Below are positions 24,145-38,469 of a stretch of DNA of 64,000 nt, piece by piece. Position numbers and translations under genes: made by a program. Source of the DNA: the human T2T-CHM13v2.0 reference genome, Homo sapiens. The DNA is taken from assembly GCF_009914755.1 (NCBI RefSeq), contig NC_060934.1; one strand, written 5' to 3'. The notes below the pieces were generated by a model. It was not told where the DNA came from and did not search any database. It worked only from the letters and a program-made list of their open reading frames with translations. Each line of letters starts with the position of its first letter. Position 1 is the stretch's first letter.

Positions 24145-25165
24145 TTTTTTAAAAAAATTAAGGCATAATATGGATATATAGGAAAACACAGATCTTGAGT
24201 GTACAGTTTGATAAGTTTTGACAGATGTATGCACCCTCGTTACTACCACCTAAGTCAAAATAGAGTACGTTTTTATTAAACCAGAAAGTACTGTTAAGCC
24301 ATTTCCCAGTCAGCCCTAACCCCTACACTTTCATAGTAATTGCTTTTCTAATATATATCATGACTGATATTTTGTTTGTTTATTTTGCCTGTTCTTGAAC
24401 TTCATTTAGTTAGAATCTTGGAGCGTGTACTCTTTTTTGTCTGACTTCTTTTGCTTAACAAACTGGCCTTGTAGATTCATGCATGTTGTTGCAAGTATCA
24501 TAGTTCATTCATTTTTTTTTTTGCTGAATTGTAATTGGTGAGTGTATTACAATTTGTTTATCCATTCTTCCATTGATAAGCATTTGGATTGTTTGCAGCT
24601 TTTGGTTATTTTCAAATAAAGTTTTTGAACATTCTTTAAAAATCTTTCTTGTAGACATATTTTATTGCTCTTGGGTAAATACCTAGGAGTAAAAATGGCT
24701 GAGTGATAGGCATGTTTATTTGTATAAGAAATTGCCAGATTTTTTAAACCAAAGTTTTCATACTATTTTACAATTTCACTAACAAAATATGAAAATTCTA
24801 GTTGCTCCCTCCGTATCTTTGCCAAAGTTTGGTATTGCTAGTCATTTTAATTTTAGCCATTCTGGTAAATATTTACTAGCATTTCACTGTGATTTTAATT
24901 TGCATTTTGCTGATGATTAGTGATGTTCACTATCTTTTCTATGAGCTGATTGGCCATTTGTATATATGCTTTTATTAAGTGTCTGTTTAAATATTTTTCT
25001 CATTTTTAAAAGTAGAGTTATTTGTATTCTTATTATTGAGTTATAATAGTCTTACATATTTTGGATACAGGGGCTTTTTCAGATATGTACATTGTGAATA
25101 TTTTCTCTCAGCCTGTGACTTGCGTTTTTATTTTTTTAATGATGTCTTTGATGAGCATAAGTTGA
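24145..25165 (-). mobile_element. Old L1M (L1MD/ME-type) 3' region
   Basis: GATCTTGAGTGTACAGTTTGATAAGTTTTGAC; GGGTAAATACCTAGGAGT; TTTTAATTTGCATTT. Confidence 0.8.
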
Positions 25166-27889
25166 AAAGAAAATAGAAGTTTAAATGCAATTTAAAATCT
25201 GGCACACTTTTCTATTGCTGAAAAATTTGAATAGGGTTTTTTATTTTTTCAAAATAGACCAATTTAAAGTGCTCTGAAAATATGTTCAATGATGTAATCT
25301 CTTTCTTAATGATCTTTCCAAGTGTCATAAGAGACTCTAGTGGCTACCATAGTTAAACTGAGAAAGTTGAAATAAAGATACATTTAGTTTTGATTTAGTG
25401 GGATGCATCTATGAAGTTTATAGTGACTGTTTAATTATATTGTTGCTAATTATTCTGGTATAGGAATGGCTTCTAAGGATATTCCTGCCATCCACTGTAA
25501 CAACTTCTCTGGTGTGGTAGCATGACAGTACAGGGGCAGAGGTTGTACAGTAGGAATATGATATGTTCTTTGATGCCAGGCACTAGAAGCACATACGTAG
25601 TGGAAAATAAACCAGATTTGAAATGTACAGACCATAAGCTAGTCTGTAGAATATTCTTCTAATCTTTCGACATGTGAAAGTATAAGTGATAGAATCAGTT
25701 TTCATCAATCAAAAGTTCACATTTATAAGAAATATGCTTGATAATGTCGACAATATGCAATTAAAAACATAGCTTATTACTTTTTATTGAAGTCACATGA
25801 AATATAATCAAGATTTTGTGTTTGTAACGCACGAAGCTACATAAATACTGCAAAAGCTAAGTATGTTTGCTTGTGCGTATCCACAACATTGATGCATCCC
25901 AACATATGAGACTTTGAGCATATCTGACATAGTTTATCCTGAAGAGAATTCTGTTAGTTCAGGCAAAAACGCAAACAACATTGCTACCAACAAAGGGGAA
26001 AAGCCTGAAAAAACAAGTGTGCCAATTACAAAACTTCCACATGTATTCACCAGTAAGTTAATGTATGTAACATGATAATTATTTGATTATGCAATTACGT
26101 GGCTCAGTAGTATGTAGTGACTATTTTACACACACTTGCTTTTGTGTGCACCTTATTTTCATATTTTTAGGAATTTTAAAGAGTAATTAAATGAATAAAT
26201 AAAGCTCTTGAACTGTTTGATAACCCAGTTAATGAAGAGGAGTGAATCATGTAAATGTAAAAGAAAAAGCCTTGGGTTTATTGCAAATTTAAAATAAATG
26301 ACTAAAGTAAGTGAATATATTAAATTCATGATGCTTTATGACAACGAGTGTGTCATTGACAAACTGGTTAATGAGTATGATCATTGAAAGATTATTTAAT
26401 ATTAATCATTACTAAGAACAATTAAAGTGCTTTGAAATTTTATAGGTCACATACGAAAGAAACGTGATTAAGAGGCCTAAAGTGAGCACGGCATAACCAA
26501 TGATAAGTTTTAAAGCTGAAAACACCTTTTCCAACCTCTTGATAACAATGGAAGCTTTAAACATTCTTGCTGATTTTATTCTGATTTGTCTCAGTAATCA
26601 CATTTGTATCACATTTGATGGTTGAAATTTTGTATTCTTTCTCTTAAGGAGGGATCCTCCAATTGTTTTCCTTTAGACTCTTCAATGTTTAACATAGGAA
26701 ATGCCAATACATTATTGTGCTACAGAAATCCTGGGGACATCTGCACATAGTGTGAGGTGGAGTGCAGTCATGTGGGCTGAATGCTGGGAAACTTCTTATA
26801 CAACTGATCATGAACACACTCAGTCCTGGAGCAAGCACAAAGCTCCTGCCAAACACTTCATCCCATAGGTTTGCTCCTTGAGTCACCTCCATTTTCAAAA
26901 TTTCTATTGTAATTTTAGGCTTTACCTATAAACTCTTTCAATGCTCTCACTGCTCTTTCACTTATCAGATATGATAGTTAACACCATAAGATTCATTTAA
27001 AAATATTTAAAAGCCTAAAACTAAGCCTAAGCTCAGCAAACACCCAATAGGTTAACAATAAATTGGCTGAGACTAAAATAATTGCATGACATCCAATGCT
27101 TCACATTGGTTGCAGTAAAGAGGACACTCTTTGAAACAAAACTCCTACCACTTTTAGATAAATATTAAAAAATTAAAATTATCATGTTTAAGATAAGGAT
27201 CTTGTTTATTCAGTGTATGTAAAAACAAAGCATCTGTACATAAAATGAACTCAAGAGGACATAAATAACTACATTAGCGTCTGTTTCAGATTTTTCTTAC
27301 TCTGTCTACCTCCACTGTTGACTGTATTACATTTTTTTCCTGTAATAAATACATGTCAGAAGATATCTGGATGGGGTGTAAAGGAAAATTCCTTCAAAAA
27401 ATGGGAATCAGTGTAGTCAGATGGAATTGATGAGCCATTCGCCCACACAATACAATATAACCAGACAAGTACACATGACCCTGCCTCTTTTCTCATTTCA
27501 CCACCCCAAAATAAAGATTCTCAGATTCTACCAACAGAATATGTTAACTCTTTTCTTAGTGTTAACAGACTCTTTTAAAAATACGGTGGAGTGTTATTTA
27601 GTTGACTTCTGTTTGTTTAGAACTTTTTGTAAATAGACTCAGTGAGCCCCTTCTCCTAACTCCTGAGATTAAATTCCTTCTTCAGGCAGTAGGCAGTTGT
27701 GGGGAGGGTGAGGAGGAAGGAGGAGGGAGATGTCATTTTCAAGTCTGGGTCATGAATGGACTCAAATTTCAGAGTAACAAGTGTTAAGGGATACAGGACA
27801 GGAAGTACTTGAAAGTGAAGTAAGAGAATTAAGAGAAAATCACAGCCAAACCTCATTTATGTTGCCTTTAATTTTGCCAAAAGACTCTT

Positions 27890-28200
27890 CTTGGAATGTG
27901 GTTCCTTAAATTGGTTTTCTTGTTCCATCTTATCCAGGTCTTCTCTGAAAAATCATCTGCTCAGAAAGTCCTTCCCTATCCCCTCCTAATTAAAGTAGCT
28001 CTCCTAGATGAACCCTCTGTTCTTTCTTTTACTATATTTTACTGATAAATCTCCCTCTCTAAAAATCATTTTTATATGTTTCCTGTCTGTCCCCATACTG
28101 AAATACAGACTGCATTATGACCAGACATTTTCCTATCACTGTTAAAATACTAACTCCCAGAATAGTGCCCAAAACTTTGTAGATTGGTTGAAAATGTTTT
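27890..28200 (+). mobile_element. L2 3' remnant
   Basis: CTCAGAAAGTCCTTCCCT...GTCTGTCCCCATACTGAAAT...CCCAGAATAGTGCCC. Confidence 0.55.
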
Positions 28201-29215
28201 ATGTTCTCATAAATTCTTAAAGTCTAACAACTTGTTGTTTCACAGAGATGTGCTAAAAGGAAGACTCAAGATATGGGTTAAACACTGCATCTCAAAAACA
28301 TTATTTATAGTAGACATAGGCCAAAGAGTGCTAAATACATGTCAAATCTACATTTACATGTATAACATTCTATATATCTTTAACATAAATGCATGTTTAA
28401 TCACTGCCTTAATTTTAAGCCACTGTTCACATTTCACGGACTGGTTAAGTCTTCCCTAAGAACATACCCTAGTCATTATTATGTTCATAAATTTAGTGGC
28501 ATGCCTAGGTTTTCCCTTCACTCACTTAAGAACTCCTTAGTGGGATAAAAGAAGACACAGGAAATATTGCAACACATCTCCTATTTCTTTTGGCTTTCTA
28601 TACTCATACTGCTACTAATTTGTAAGGATGGCAGAGTCAGACCACAAAAGGATAAAAGACACTTAAAGGAGAAAGATGATCAAAAACAAAGGAAACAGGA
28701 CTGAGAATTTGGTCTTATCCTTCTGGGACAAAGAACTGTATGTAGCAAACCCCCTATGTGAGACTCACTTGTCCTGAGCATATGGGCTCTATTAATTGAT
28801 TAAAAGTGAATTGATATTTTGCTATAAATCTGATATAAATGCTTTCTTTTCCTACGTAGCCCTAGTTGGATCTTGTAAAATGATTAATGCTAGTAGAGGA
28901 AATTGAACAAAGGAAAGTAGAGGAAAATGAACAAAGTGGGGAAGAGAGAGAAGTAAAGGAAATAATTGCTGGGAACACACGATGTTTACCTATTAGAATG
29001 ATTTTTTTTCTTTCTACATAGAGAAAAGAAAGTGAAGGAAATCGTAGAAGAAAAGGTCACAGGGAGCTACCTGAAATGAGGAAAATGAACTGGAATAGAT
29101 TCTCAGGGGATTGTAGTAGTCCCAGCCCTGATATTAGCCAGCTGTGGGACTTTTAGTAATGTCTTTAGCATCTGCACTTTAATTTATCCTTTGTAATATT
29201 TCTTTGTAACTCTAA

Positions 29216-29571
<356 letters not shown>

Positions 29572-29639
29572 ATGATTGTTGTCCTTTAAAATCACATGTC
29601 CCACATCCAACCCCCCCAACCCAGGGTTTCCCACTGACT

Positions 29640-30370
29640 TTAATTCCAACATCTATCTTGAATATGCCTGCTTTCTCCATCTACGTTGTTATCACTGTAG
29701 TCCAAACCATGGACTTTCCTAGGTTCAAAAGTACTGTTACATATGGATTTTTCGCTTCAAATCTTGCTCTCTCTATAGTTAATTGTCCACACAACAGCTA
29801 GTGAAAATGTTCTTCTTAAAGAATAAATGAGACTCTTCAATGGATTTAAAGCACCATTTTAATAAAATCCACATTTCTACCATGTGCCCAAGGCTTTACA
29901 TGTCTTGGCTTCTACTTGCCTCTGCATCTGTCTCAAACCACCTCCCTTGCTGACATGGTCCATTGAATGGCCATTTTCCTAACCTCCAAACACACTAAGC
30001 TTGTTCCCTTCTCAAGTCCTTTGTCATTTCTGCCACTTAGAATGCTCTTTCCCTGCCCTTCACCTTTTTATCATGGCAGTCTCACCACCAACATCACTTC
30101 CTCAGACAGGTGTTCCCTGGCCACATAATCTTATGTTGTCTCCATACTTCCAATTATACTTTAGCCTCCAGGGCATTGGCCAGTACCTGAAAATTTAAAT
30201 CATCTATTTGTATACAGGTTTATTTTCTTCTCCTCCTCTACAAAACTAGAAACTCATTGACAGCAGAAAGTTTGTTGCTCACTATTGTTATCCGCAGTGT
30301 CCAGAATAATACTGGGCACTTGGTGGGTCCTTAATGAATAATGTTCTTGAATGAATGAATAATGAATGAG
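29640..30370 (+). mobile_element. L2 3' region
   Basis: TCCACACAACAGCTAG...ACTTAGAATGCTCTTTCC...ends in (GAAT)n. Confidence 0.7.
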
Positions 30371-31889
30371 TCAGGTAAAAAGACTGGTAACGAACCCTTG
30401 CTTAGCTAAAGGTGAAACTAGATTTTCTGCATCACTAATAACACTCAGATTTTTCTGTTATCTAGCAAAGTATAGCATTAATCATATGAGTCAAGATACT
30501 TCCATTAGATGATTAATCCAACACTCATTATTGGATATGTATTTTTTGAATTGCTTCCCAAATTTAAAATTTAGATTTTCTTTGTCTCTGTTTCATTGTA
30601 GGGGTGAAACAGTAAGTTCTAATTATAATAAGTATCTGCTACTGGCCACCTCGCTTTATTTGGAGTGATCACCCTTTTTTTTTTTTTAACCTCTTTCTCT
30701 CTTCTGCAGAATTTAGTGCAATTCTCTCCCTTTTCACTCTTCAGTGACTAACAGCCTCTCCCTGCTCCCATTCACTTTAAGGTGATTACTATTAAAGGAA
30801 GAAGATAGAATTTGTTAGCAAGGCTAGGGCACCTCAACACGTTATCTACTTTTACTTAAAGACTCAGCCCTTTTCTTTATACAATGAAAAGAGGAAGAAT
30901 TAGACAAAGATTACAGAGCAAGGGCAAAGTGACCTAGAATAAAGATATGGACAGATTTAACAACTTTTCAGACAGGAGGACACAATAAGTTTTAAGATCC
31001 AGGACAAGAGACATCTCTTTAGATTTAATCTTTATAACTAACTCCAACTTGAGTCTGCACAATATGTACTGGTCTTCCCACAGCTAGGGTGATACTGCAC
31101 TTGGTGATAGTACTTGAGTCTATATTTATAATGATTGAAAACATCATTTCTGAATTGAGCACCAGCTGACTTAAAATTTAAAAAGTTACTCTTCGTTGTG
31201 CACAAATGTTTTCATTAGTCTATTCCCAGAAAAGGGGAGTGATTTTAACATGAAAAGGGCAGTCTAACAGGGCCTTAATATCTTACTCAAAGAATTGCCA
31301 AAATCTAGCCTGCCATGACAGAGAATTCGCTTTAAAGTTAAACCATCAACTACCATCTCCTCCTCACTTCCTTAAGCAGTTTGAAAATGAATGACAATTT
31401 ACGCTTATGATCAAATTGTTGCAGAAACAATCCTTTGCTACAGATATTTGAATTCTGTTAGAACAAAGTCCATCAAAGACAAAAACTCCCATGCTGTAAA
31501 CAACCTTTATTTCATAAGAACTAAATCTAGAGTGTTTTCCTAATCCTATTAAGGTTTATTGAGTAAATAATGCCCACTTTACTGTGGTCCTAACTATATG
31601 TTCACCTGACAAATACGTGGACACAACACGGGGCTGAATAACAGCATGTTGTGAAGAGCCTTTGAAGATACCATCCTTCCAAGGAAAAACACATTTAGAC
31701 AAAACCCCTTAATATTATAAGTGCTTATCATAAATAGTTAAAGGTATCAGCATATTTTAAAACAAAAATTTTTTAAATAAAGTTTTAAAAATCATTTCAG
31801 TACTTGTAGGACAGATAGGGATGGGTGGCTTTCATGTAATGCATGTTTATTATTTCCTATATAATTTTTTCTTATTAAAACATTGACAC

Positions 31890-32050
31890 AGCCAAGCATA
31901 GTGGCCTGTGCCTGTAGTCCCAGCTACTTGGGGTCTGAGGTGGGAGGATTGCTTGAGCCCAGGGGTTCGAGGCTGCAGTGAGCCATGTTTGCGCTACTGT
32001 ACTCCCGCCTGGGTGACAGAATGAGACCCGATCTCTTTAATAAAAATAAA
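31890..32050 (+). mobile_element. Alu right monomer (FRAM/AluJ-type)
   Basis: GGGAGGATTGCTTGAGCCCAGGGGTTCGAGGCTGCAGTGAG. Confidence 0.85.
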
Positions 32051-32084
32051 TTTAAATAACTAAATACAAACATAAATACAATTT

Positions 32085-32091
32085 CCTTTCC

Positions 32092-32127
<36 letters not shown>

Positions 32128-32390
32128 GAGACAGGGTCTTGCTCTGTTGTTCAGGCTGGAGTGCCGTGACACTGCAACCTCTGACTCCTGGGTTTAAGCG
32201 ATTCTCCCGCCTTAGCCTCCGAGTAGCTGGGATTACAGGCACCTGACACCGCGCCTGGCTAATTTTTGTATTTTTAGTAGAGACAGGGTTTTACCCCATT
32301 GGCCAGGCTGGTCTCGAACTCTTGACCCCAAGTGATCCTCCCACGTCGGACTCCCAAAGTGCTGGGAGGTGTGAGCCACCACGCCCGGCC
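32085..32390 (-). mobile_element. Alu (tail-to-tail with the preceding monomer)
   Basis: Dimer with (CTTTT)n/T tail and small internal deletions. Confidence 0.9.
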
Positions 32391-34159
32391 AGTTTTCTAA
32401 AATTGTTCCCTATATAGCTAGAGCTAGAATAGACAAAAAAATATTTTCCACTTCAGTTAGAATTAAGAAGGATTCAGTAGACTAAAGGATACGGAAGCTG
32501 CTAAAATGTTAATTTGATTGTATGGCCTCTTTAAAATCTTGTATCAGAAACTTATGCTTGGTATTGTGGAGCTTGCTGATGTAATTGGTGTCATATTTGT
32601 GACTATCACTAATTTTCTAATGCTATTTGTGTAGAAACTTTAGCTCTCAGCATCTGCTATAAGCTGCACAGCACTTAGAATGATACAATTTCATCTGGTT
32701 CTTCAAATCCCAGTTTATACCTATGTGGCTTTGCTGTGCAGCACAATCTGCATATATAATCATATGAATTCATAGACACAGTTGATTAAGGTTGGGATCG
32801 GATGGAGAGCTTATGCACAAACACAAAAACAATTAGGGTCACCTCCCTCTGCCCAAGGGTTGTGTGTATGGGCATGAGATGTGCAAATTTATTCGCAGCA
32901 AACTGTCTCCACAGACATTTTGCAAGTCAAATTTCTTGAAACTAAACCATGATTGTGTTGCTAGCAATCTTTGGCAACTAGTCAACTGTGACGATTTCAT
33001 TAATTAACAATTCCATATATGCAATATTTCTATCTAATTCTAAAACTGATAACAAGAAGCACGCCTGATTGCAAATATTGACTTAAGAATTCTAATGATG
33101 GTCATAATTTATTAATGCTCTTGTCTGTATCTGTTAGAAGGAACTTTCTGTATGCCTCAATGGGATTTTTTTTTTTATTTGTTGAATAGGAGTGAAGAGA
33201 AAATAGGCATATAAATTATTTCTGTCCTGTATATCATCCTTATGATGCCTTGGAGTGGGGAGGGGTTATGGTTTTGTTAGCCATAAATGAATTTGGACCT
33301 CCCATATAACTTAACTGGTGACTAAACCAAACACTTCTGATTTAGTTGGGTTAAAGCCAAGGCTTATAGCTCACATGTACAACAGTCTTGACAAATTTAT
33401 GTGAACGCTTATTTTATAGTGCAATCACTGGTGTAGGGATACCAGCTTTATTTATATATCTCCCAACTGAGTGTATAGTGAGCAAGTGCTGTAGCCCAGG
33501 GCTATGCCAAGACTAATTACATCCCCAAATTCACTCAGCTTTCTCTTCTTCCCTTTTTACACTCTTGTAGAAAATACATAAATAAATATGCACACACCAT
33601 AGGGATTACTTGTAAGTACCTTCATTAAGCAATAAGATTGTCAAATTACATTTTGCCGTATTTGAACATGGCAAAAAAGAATACACACTCTCTATATATG
33701 TTTCCACAAAAGAGGATACAAACTTTCATAGCAATTTCTAAAATTTCTAAGCAGAAAAGCACATAAGGAAACAGAAACATTATAATTATTGGGAAGATAA
33801 AGAACAAAATTTCACAAGGATACCTCGACATTTTAGTTTAGGAAGAACAGTTGTTTTCTCACTGGTAACAATGATGTGGGTTCCTGAGTTCCATTTACAA
33901 AGAAGACTCTTGGATTATTTTATGAATGACCTCAAAATGCTGAGTAAATGTGAATGATGGATCACAATAGAAATAACTTCATTGTTGAAATGTTTCACTG
34001 GTTACTGAGGTACCTGGAACTTCCATTTCTAAAATGAGTACTAGGTACTTAATTATCTTTCAAGACTATGTCTCAAAAGTACTTAACTTTTTCACTTTTA
34101 AAATGTAAAACTTGATGGCAATGGTTTTCAAAAAACATGAAGAAATGACTATATGCTTT

Positions 34160-34470
34160 TGTGGCTGATATTGCAATACATGGCTCAGATCTTCTTCAGG
34201 AGTGAAGGACTTGCAGCCCCATCCCTTGACTGTCACCTCCTTGCAGAGACTGCCTCTACTGAATGGAGCTGCTTCAATCAAGATTATGCCCCATTCCTGG
34301 AATGGCCCACACCCAGTGACTAAGTGATACGGGAGCATAAAAGCCTGCTTCCCCCAGCCCACTTGGAACAACTCTGAGGCATAAACCTTAGAATTCCTTA
34401 GTCTGCTGAGACTTCCTTTAAAACTGCATGGCAGCTCAACTTCTCCCTCTGCTCAATCCAAAACACCTGA
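34160..34470. mobile_element. ERVL LTR remnant (LTR16-like)
   Basis: GCTCAGATCTTCTTCAGGAGTGAAGGACTTG...CATGGCAGCTCAACTTCTCCCTCTGCTCAATCC. Confidence 0.55.
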
Positions 34471-36459
34471 ATGACTTGTAAAGACTGAAAAATTATAGTA
34501 AAAATAATAATTACAGTTATTTATTGAAGACAGGATTACAGTTAATTAAGTTTGTTCATTAAATTTTTATTAATATCTTTTTTTCTATAATAAGTATGTA
34601 TTATTTTATAATTAGGAGGAGGAAAAAAAAAGTCCTGATGATAAGTGAGTTGTTTCATGGAATGTTTGAAATGAGATTAGTGGGCCAATCATGAGCCTTA
34701 GGAAACATCAGTATTCAAGGGACATATTTAGAAAGAATGAAAAGAATGGCTTAGGAAAGAATGGCATTAAAAACTCTAGGAAAATAATTAAAATAATATG
34801 TTTTTATGGAATCCCAGAGTGCTGAGAAGGTTTTGAGGAAGCCATTTCCATAGACAAGAACAGTTCCAGTGAAATCATTAGGGGCAGAAGATAAATTGCT
34901 GTTGGCTAAGGCATAATTAAGAGGTAAGGAAGAAGCACAAATAATAAGTACAAACCATGTTCCCAAATCACATGGCTATGAAGTTAATGAGAAAAATGAA
35001 AGGTGGAGCTAAAGTGAAGAAAATAATTTAAACCAGCATTTAAAAGAATTATTATTAGGTTGATTTGAACTTTTTCATAGTCAAGTAGAGTCAGAAATAT
35101 TTAAAATATTGACAATACAGTGAGGGGAGAATGATAGTAGCTGATAAAGGCATGGAGAAATTAAGATGGGATCAGATCTACTTTAACAACAGAGAGATTG
35201 ATCTTGAGTTGCAAGAGGGATACCAGGTTTTTTGAGACTAAACGATAGTCTGAATAAAAATAAATATAATGTTTGTAGTAAATTAAGGAAATCCATTCCT
35301 AGTTGTCTCAACCACTGTCAATTTTATGAAGAAAATTACCTGGTAAGAGTGAGAGAACTGGGTCTTAAGCAGGAACTTGAGAAGAGTAGTGAAGTTTTAA
35401 ATAGTTGCTGAATGGAACGGCAGAGGAAATGGATAATTCAAATAATCATTGAGTGATGTCAGGATCCTGGCTGGTGTGATGGCCATGAATTATTCAGGAC
35501 AGCAATCTGAAGAGCTGTGGAGCTGTGAAATCTTTTAATTTATCCATTTGTTTATTTACTTACATATTTCCTTTGCTGAACAATGCTCAAGAGACTATGT
35601 AGGACTATACTGAATGTAGATTGTGGCAGGAGAGGCAAGGGATATATGTTTAAAGGACGGGGTGCAAGAAAGGAAGTGCTGAGACAAGAATACAAGTGGA
35701 GAGTGTGGTAACAATAATGATCCTTGTGTAGTCTGATGGACCTGAGAACATCAAGAGGTCAATCAGCTATGGACACTAAACAGCCCAAGGAAATTTTCAT
35801 GAGAGTGAGTCCCCAAGAGAGAAGGAAGAATTTAAAGGCTCATCAAATGAGACTGGAATGTCTGAGGTGTCCCAGTCCTCAGTAATGATAAGTTCTAGGA
35901 TGTTGACATAGACACAGAAGAGAGACCAAGGTGAAAAAGTCAAGAAATGATGAGACCAAGATGTTTAACAACAATTATTCAGGATTAACAGATATGGGGT
36001 ACTGTCGGGAATATTTTAGGAGAGGTAGAAAAGGTAGAATATCTATCCTGACCCCCTAGGATATGATTTGCTAAAGAAACAGCCCCTGTTTCACTCTGAA
36101 AAACATCCATCTGTGCTGACAATGAAGAGATGGGTCATAGGCTGAAGTGATGAAGTGAGTAGGGGGGTGGTCATTTTAGGAGATATGTGAAGTTCTAAAC
36201 TATTTTGCCAAATTAGAAATGCAGTGGCACAAGCAAAAATGTTGGTTCTTCCACATGATGCTAGATGAATTCTAGGAAGAAACCAGTGCATCATATGATA
36301 GGGTCCTGTGGAACACAATCACAAAAGCAGATACCAAAGCTGAGGGGAAGCATTCTTTGACTAATTGCAAACAGGAGACTTAGGAGTGTTTCTTTGCATC
36401 AAATATAAATGAGAGACATGTAACTAATGCAATTTATATGTAGATCTATCAAAATACAT

Positions 36460-37000
36460 TTATTAAATCATAAATAAAGCAGAACTGTTAGTAATAGCCA
36501 AAAACTGGAAACTATCCAAATTTCTACCTTTAGCAGAAAGGATAAATAAATTGTGGTATAAACATATAATGAAATACTATACATAATATGAATGATGATT
36601 CTATATTACAAAAAGCACGAGTGAATCTCATATCCCTAATATTGAATGAAAGAAGCCAGATCAAAAAAGGATATTCTGTAATAACATTGGCATAAATTTC
36701 AAAAACAGGAAAAATGAATCAAAGGTGTTAGAAGTCAGTGTAAAGGTCCTTTGGGGGACGTTGTGACATGCAGAAGGCACAAAGAAGGTTTCTGCATTCC
36801 AGTCATGTTATATTTATTTTAACTTTTATTTTAAGTTCAGGGGTACAAGTGCAGGTTTGTTCCATAGGTAAACTTGTGTCAGGGGGGCTGTTATATTTCT
36901 TAATCTGGGTACTGAATACACAGGTTTGAAAATTAGTAGATGTTATCTATTTAGGTATTGCAGACTCTTCTGAATAAATACTACATTCTAAAAAATATCT
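36460..37000 (+). mobile_element. Old L1ME-type 3' end
   Basis: GTAATAGCCAAAAACTGGAAAC...GATAAATAAATTGTGGTATA...GAAAGAAGCCAGA. Confidence 0.7.
36816..36888 (-). mobile_element. 73-bp L1P 3' tip
   Basis: TTTAAGTTCAGGGGTACAAGTGCAGGTTTG; TSD TGTTATATTT at 36806-36815 and 36889-36898. Confidence 0.8.
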
Positions 37001-37477
37001 TCTTTAAACTATGACAGATTAGCTTGTAGCAGAGAAACTGGTCTCTCAAGATAAACTATACAAGATAAATATAATTTTTAAAACTATGCATGAAGGCATG
37101 ATATCCTCAGAGAACTAACTACAGATCCAAGGCTTGAAGGAAAAAGATCTCCAAGAGAAGTAGAACCAAGAGGCTAAGAAATCAAGGTGAAAGCAGTTGC
37201 TAAGAGACTGAGAAAACCAATAATTTGTCAACAGTTTCAGCTGGGAAGACAAAAATTGTAGCCCAGAGCTTCAGACAGCCAGGACTTGGGGGTTATTACT
37301 ACAGAGAAAGCCAAATCCCATCGAGGTGAACCTGATATTTGGTACCTTTTAACCTTAGATGTCTTTTCTCAGGAACAAACAATACCAACAAATAATATCA
37401 GCTAAGAAACTGAAAAACTTAGCAGAGATAACAGCAGTTTTGGATCTCTCTCTCTGTCTCTCCACATGTATACATGT

Positions 37478-38135
<658 letters not shown>

Positions 38136-38216
38136 TATATATGTAAATGTATAATGTATTATCTATATTCTATCTATTATCTATTAACTCTATCATCTCT
38201 CATCTATCTGTCTCTG

Positions 38217-38264
<48 letters not shown>
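38217..38264. repeat. (TATC)12 STR
   Basis: Read directly. Confidence 0.95.
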
Positions 38265-38265
<1 letters not shown>

Positions 38266-38469
38266 GTACAGAGAGAGGGTTAAGGCCTATAGGAAAGGAT
38301 TCTGGACAATACTTAAGCTGTACCATAGCTTTCATTAGGAAAGTAGGGCCTAAGGATCAGCCAAAATTAGGGCAGCCCTTATAAAGACTTACAGCCAGCT
38401 CTAAATCAGCCCAGTCCCAGACTGGAGCAAGTTGACCTATGCCTTCTCTATCAGTCTGCAATAATCAAA

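Noticed and set aside
31287-31454. Minus-strand exon-like segment as a coding exon
   Set aside because: Stops in all three frames
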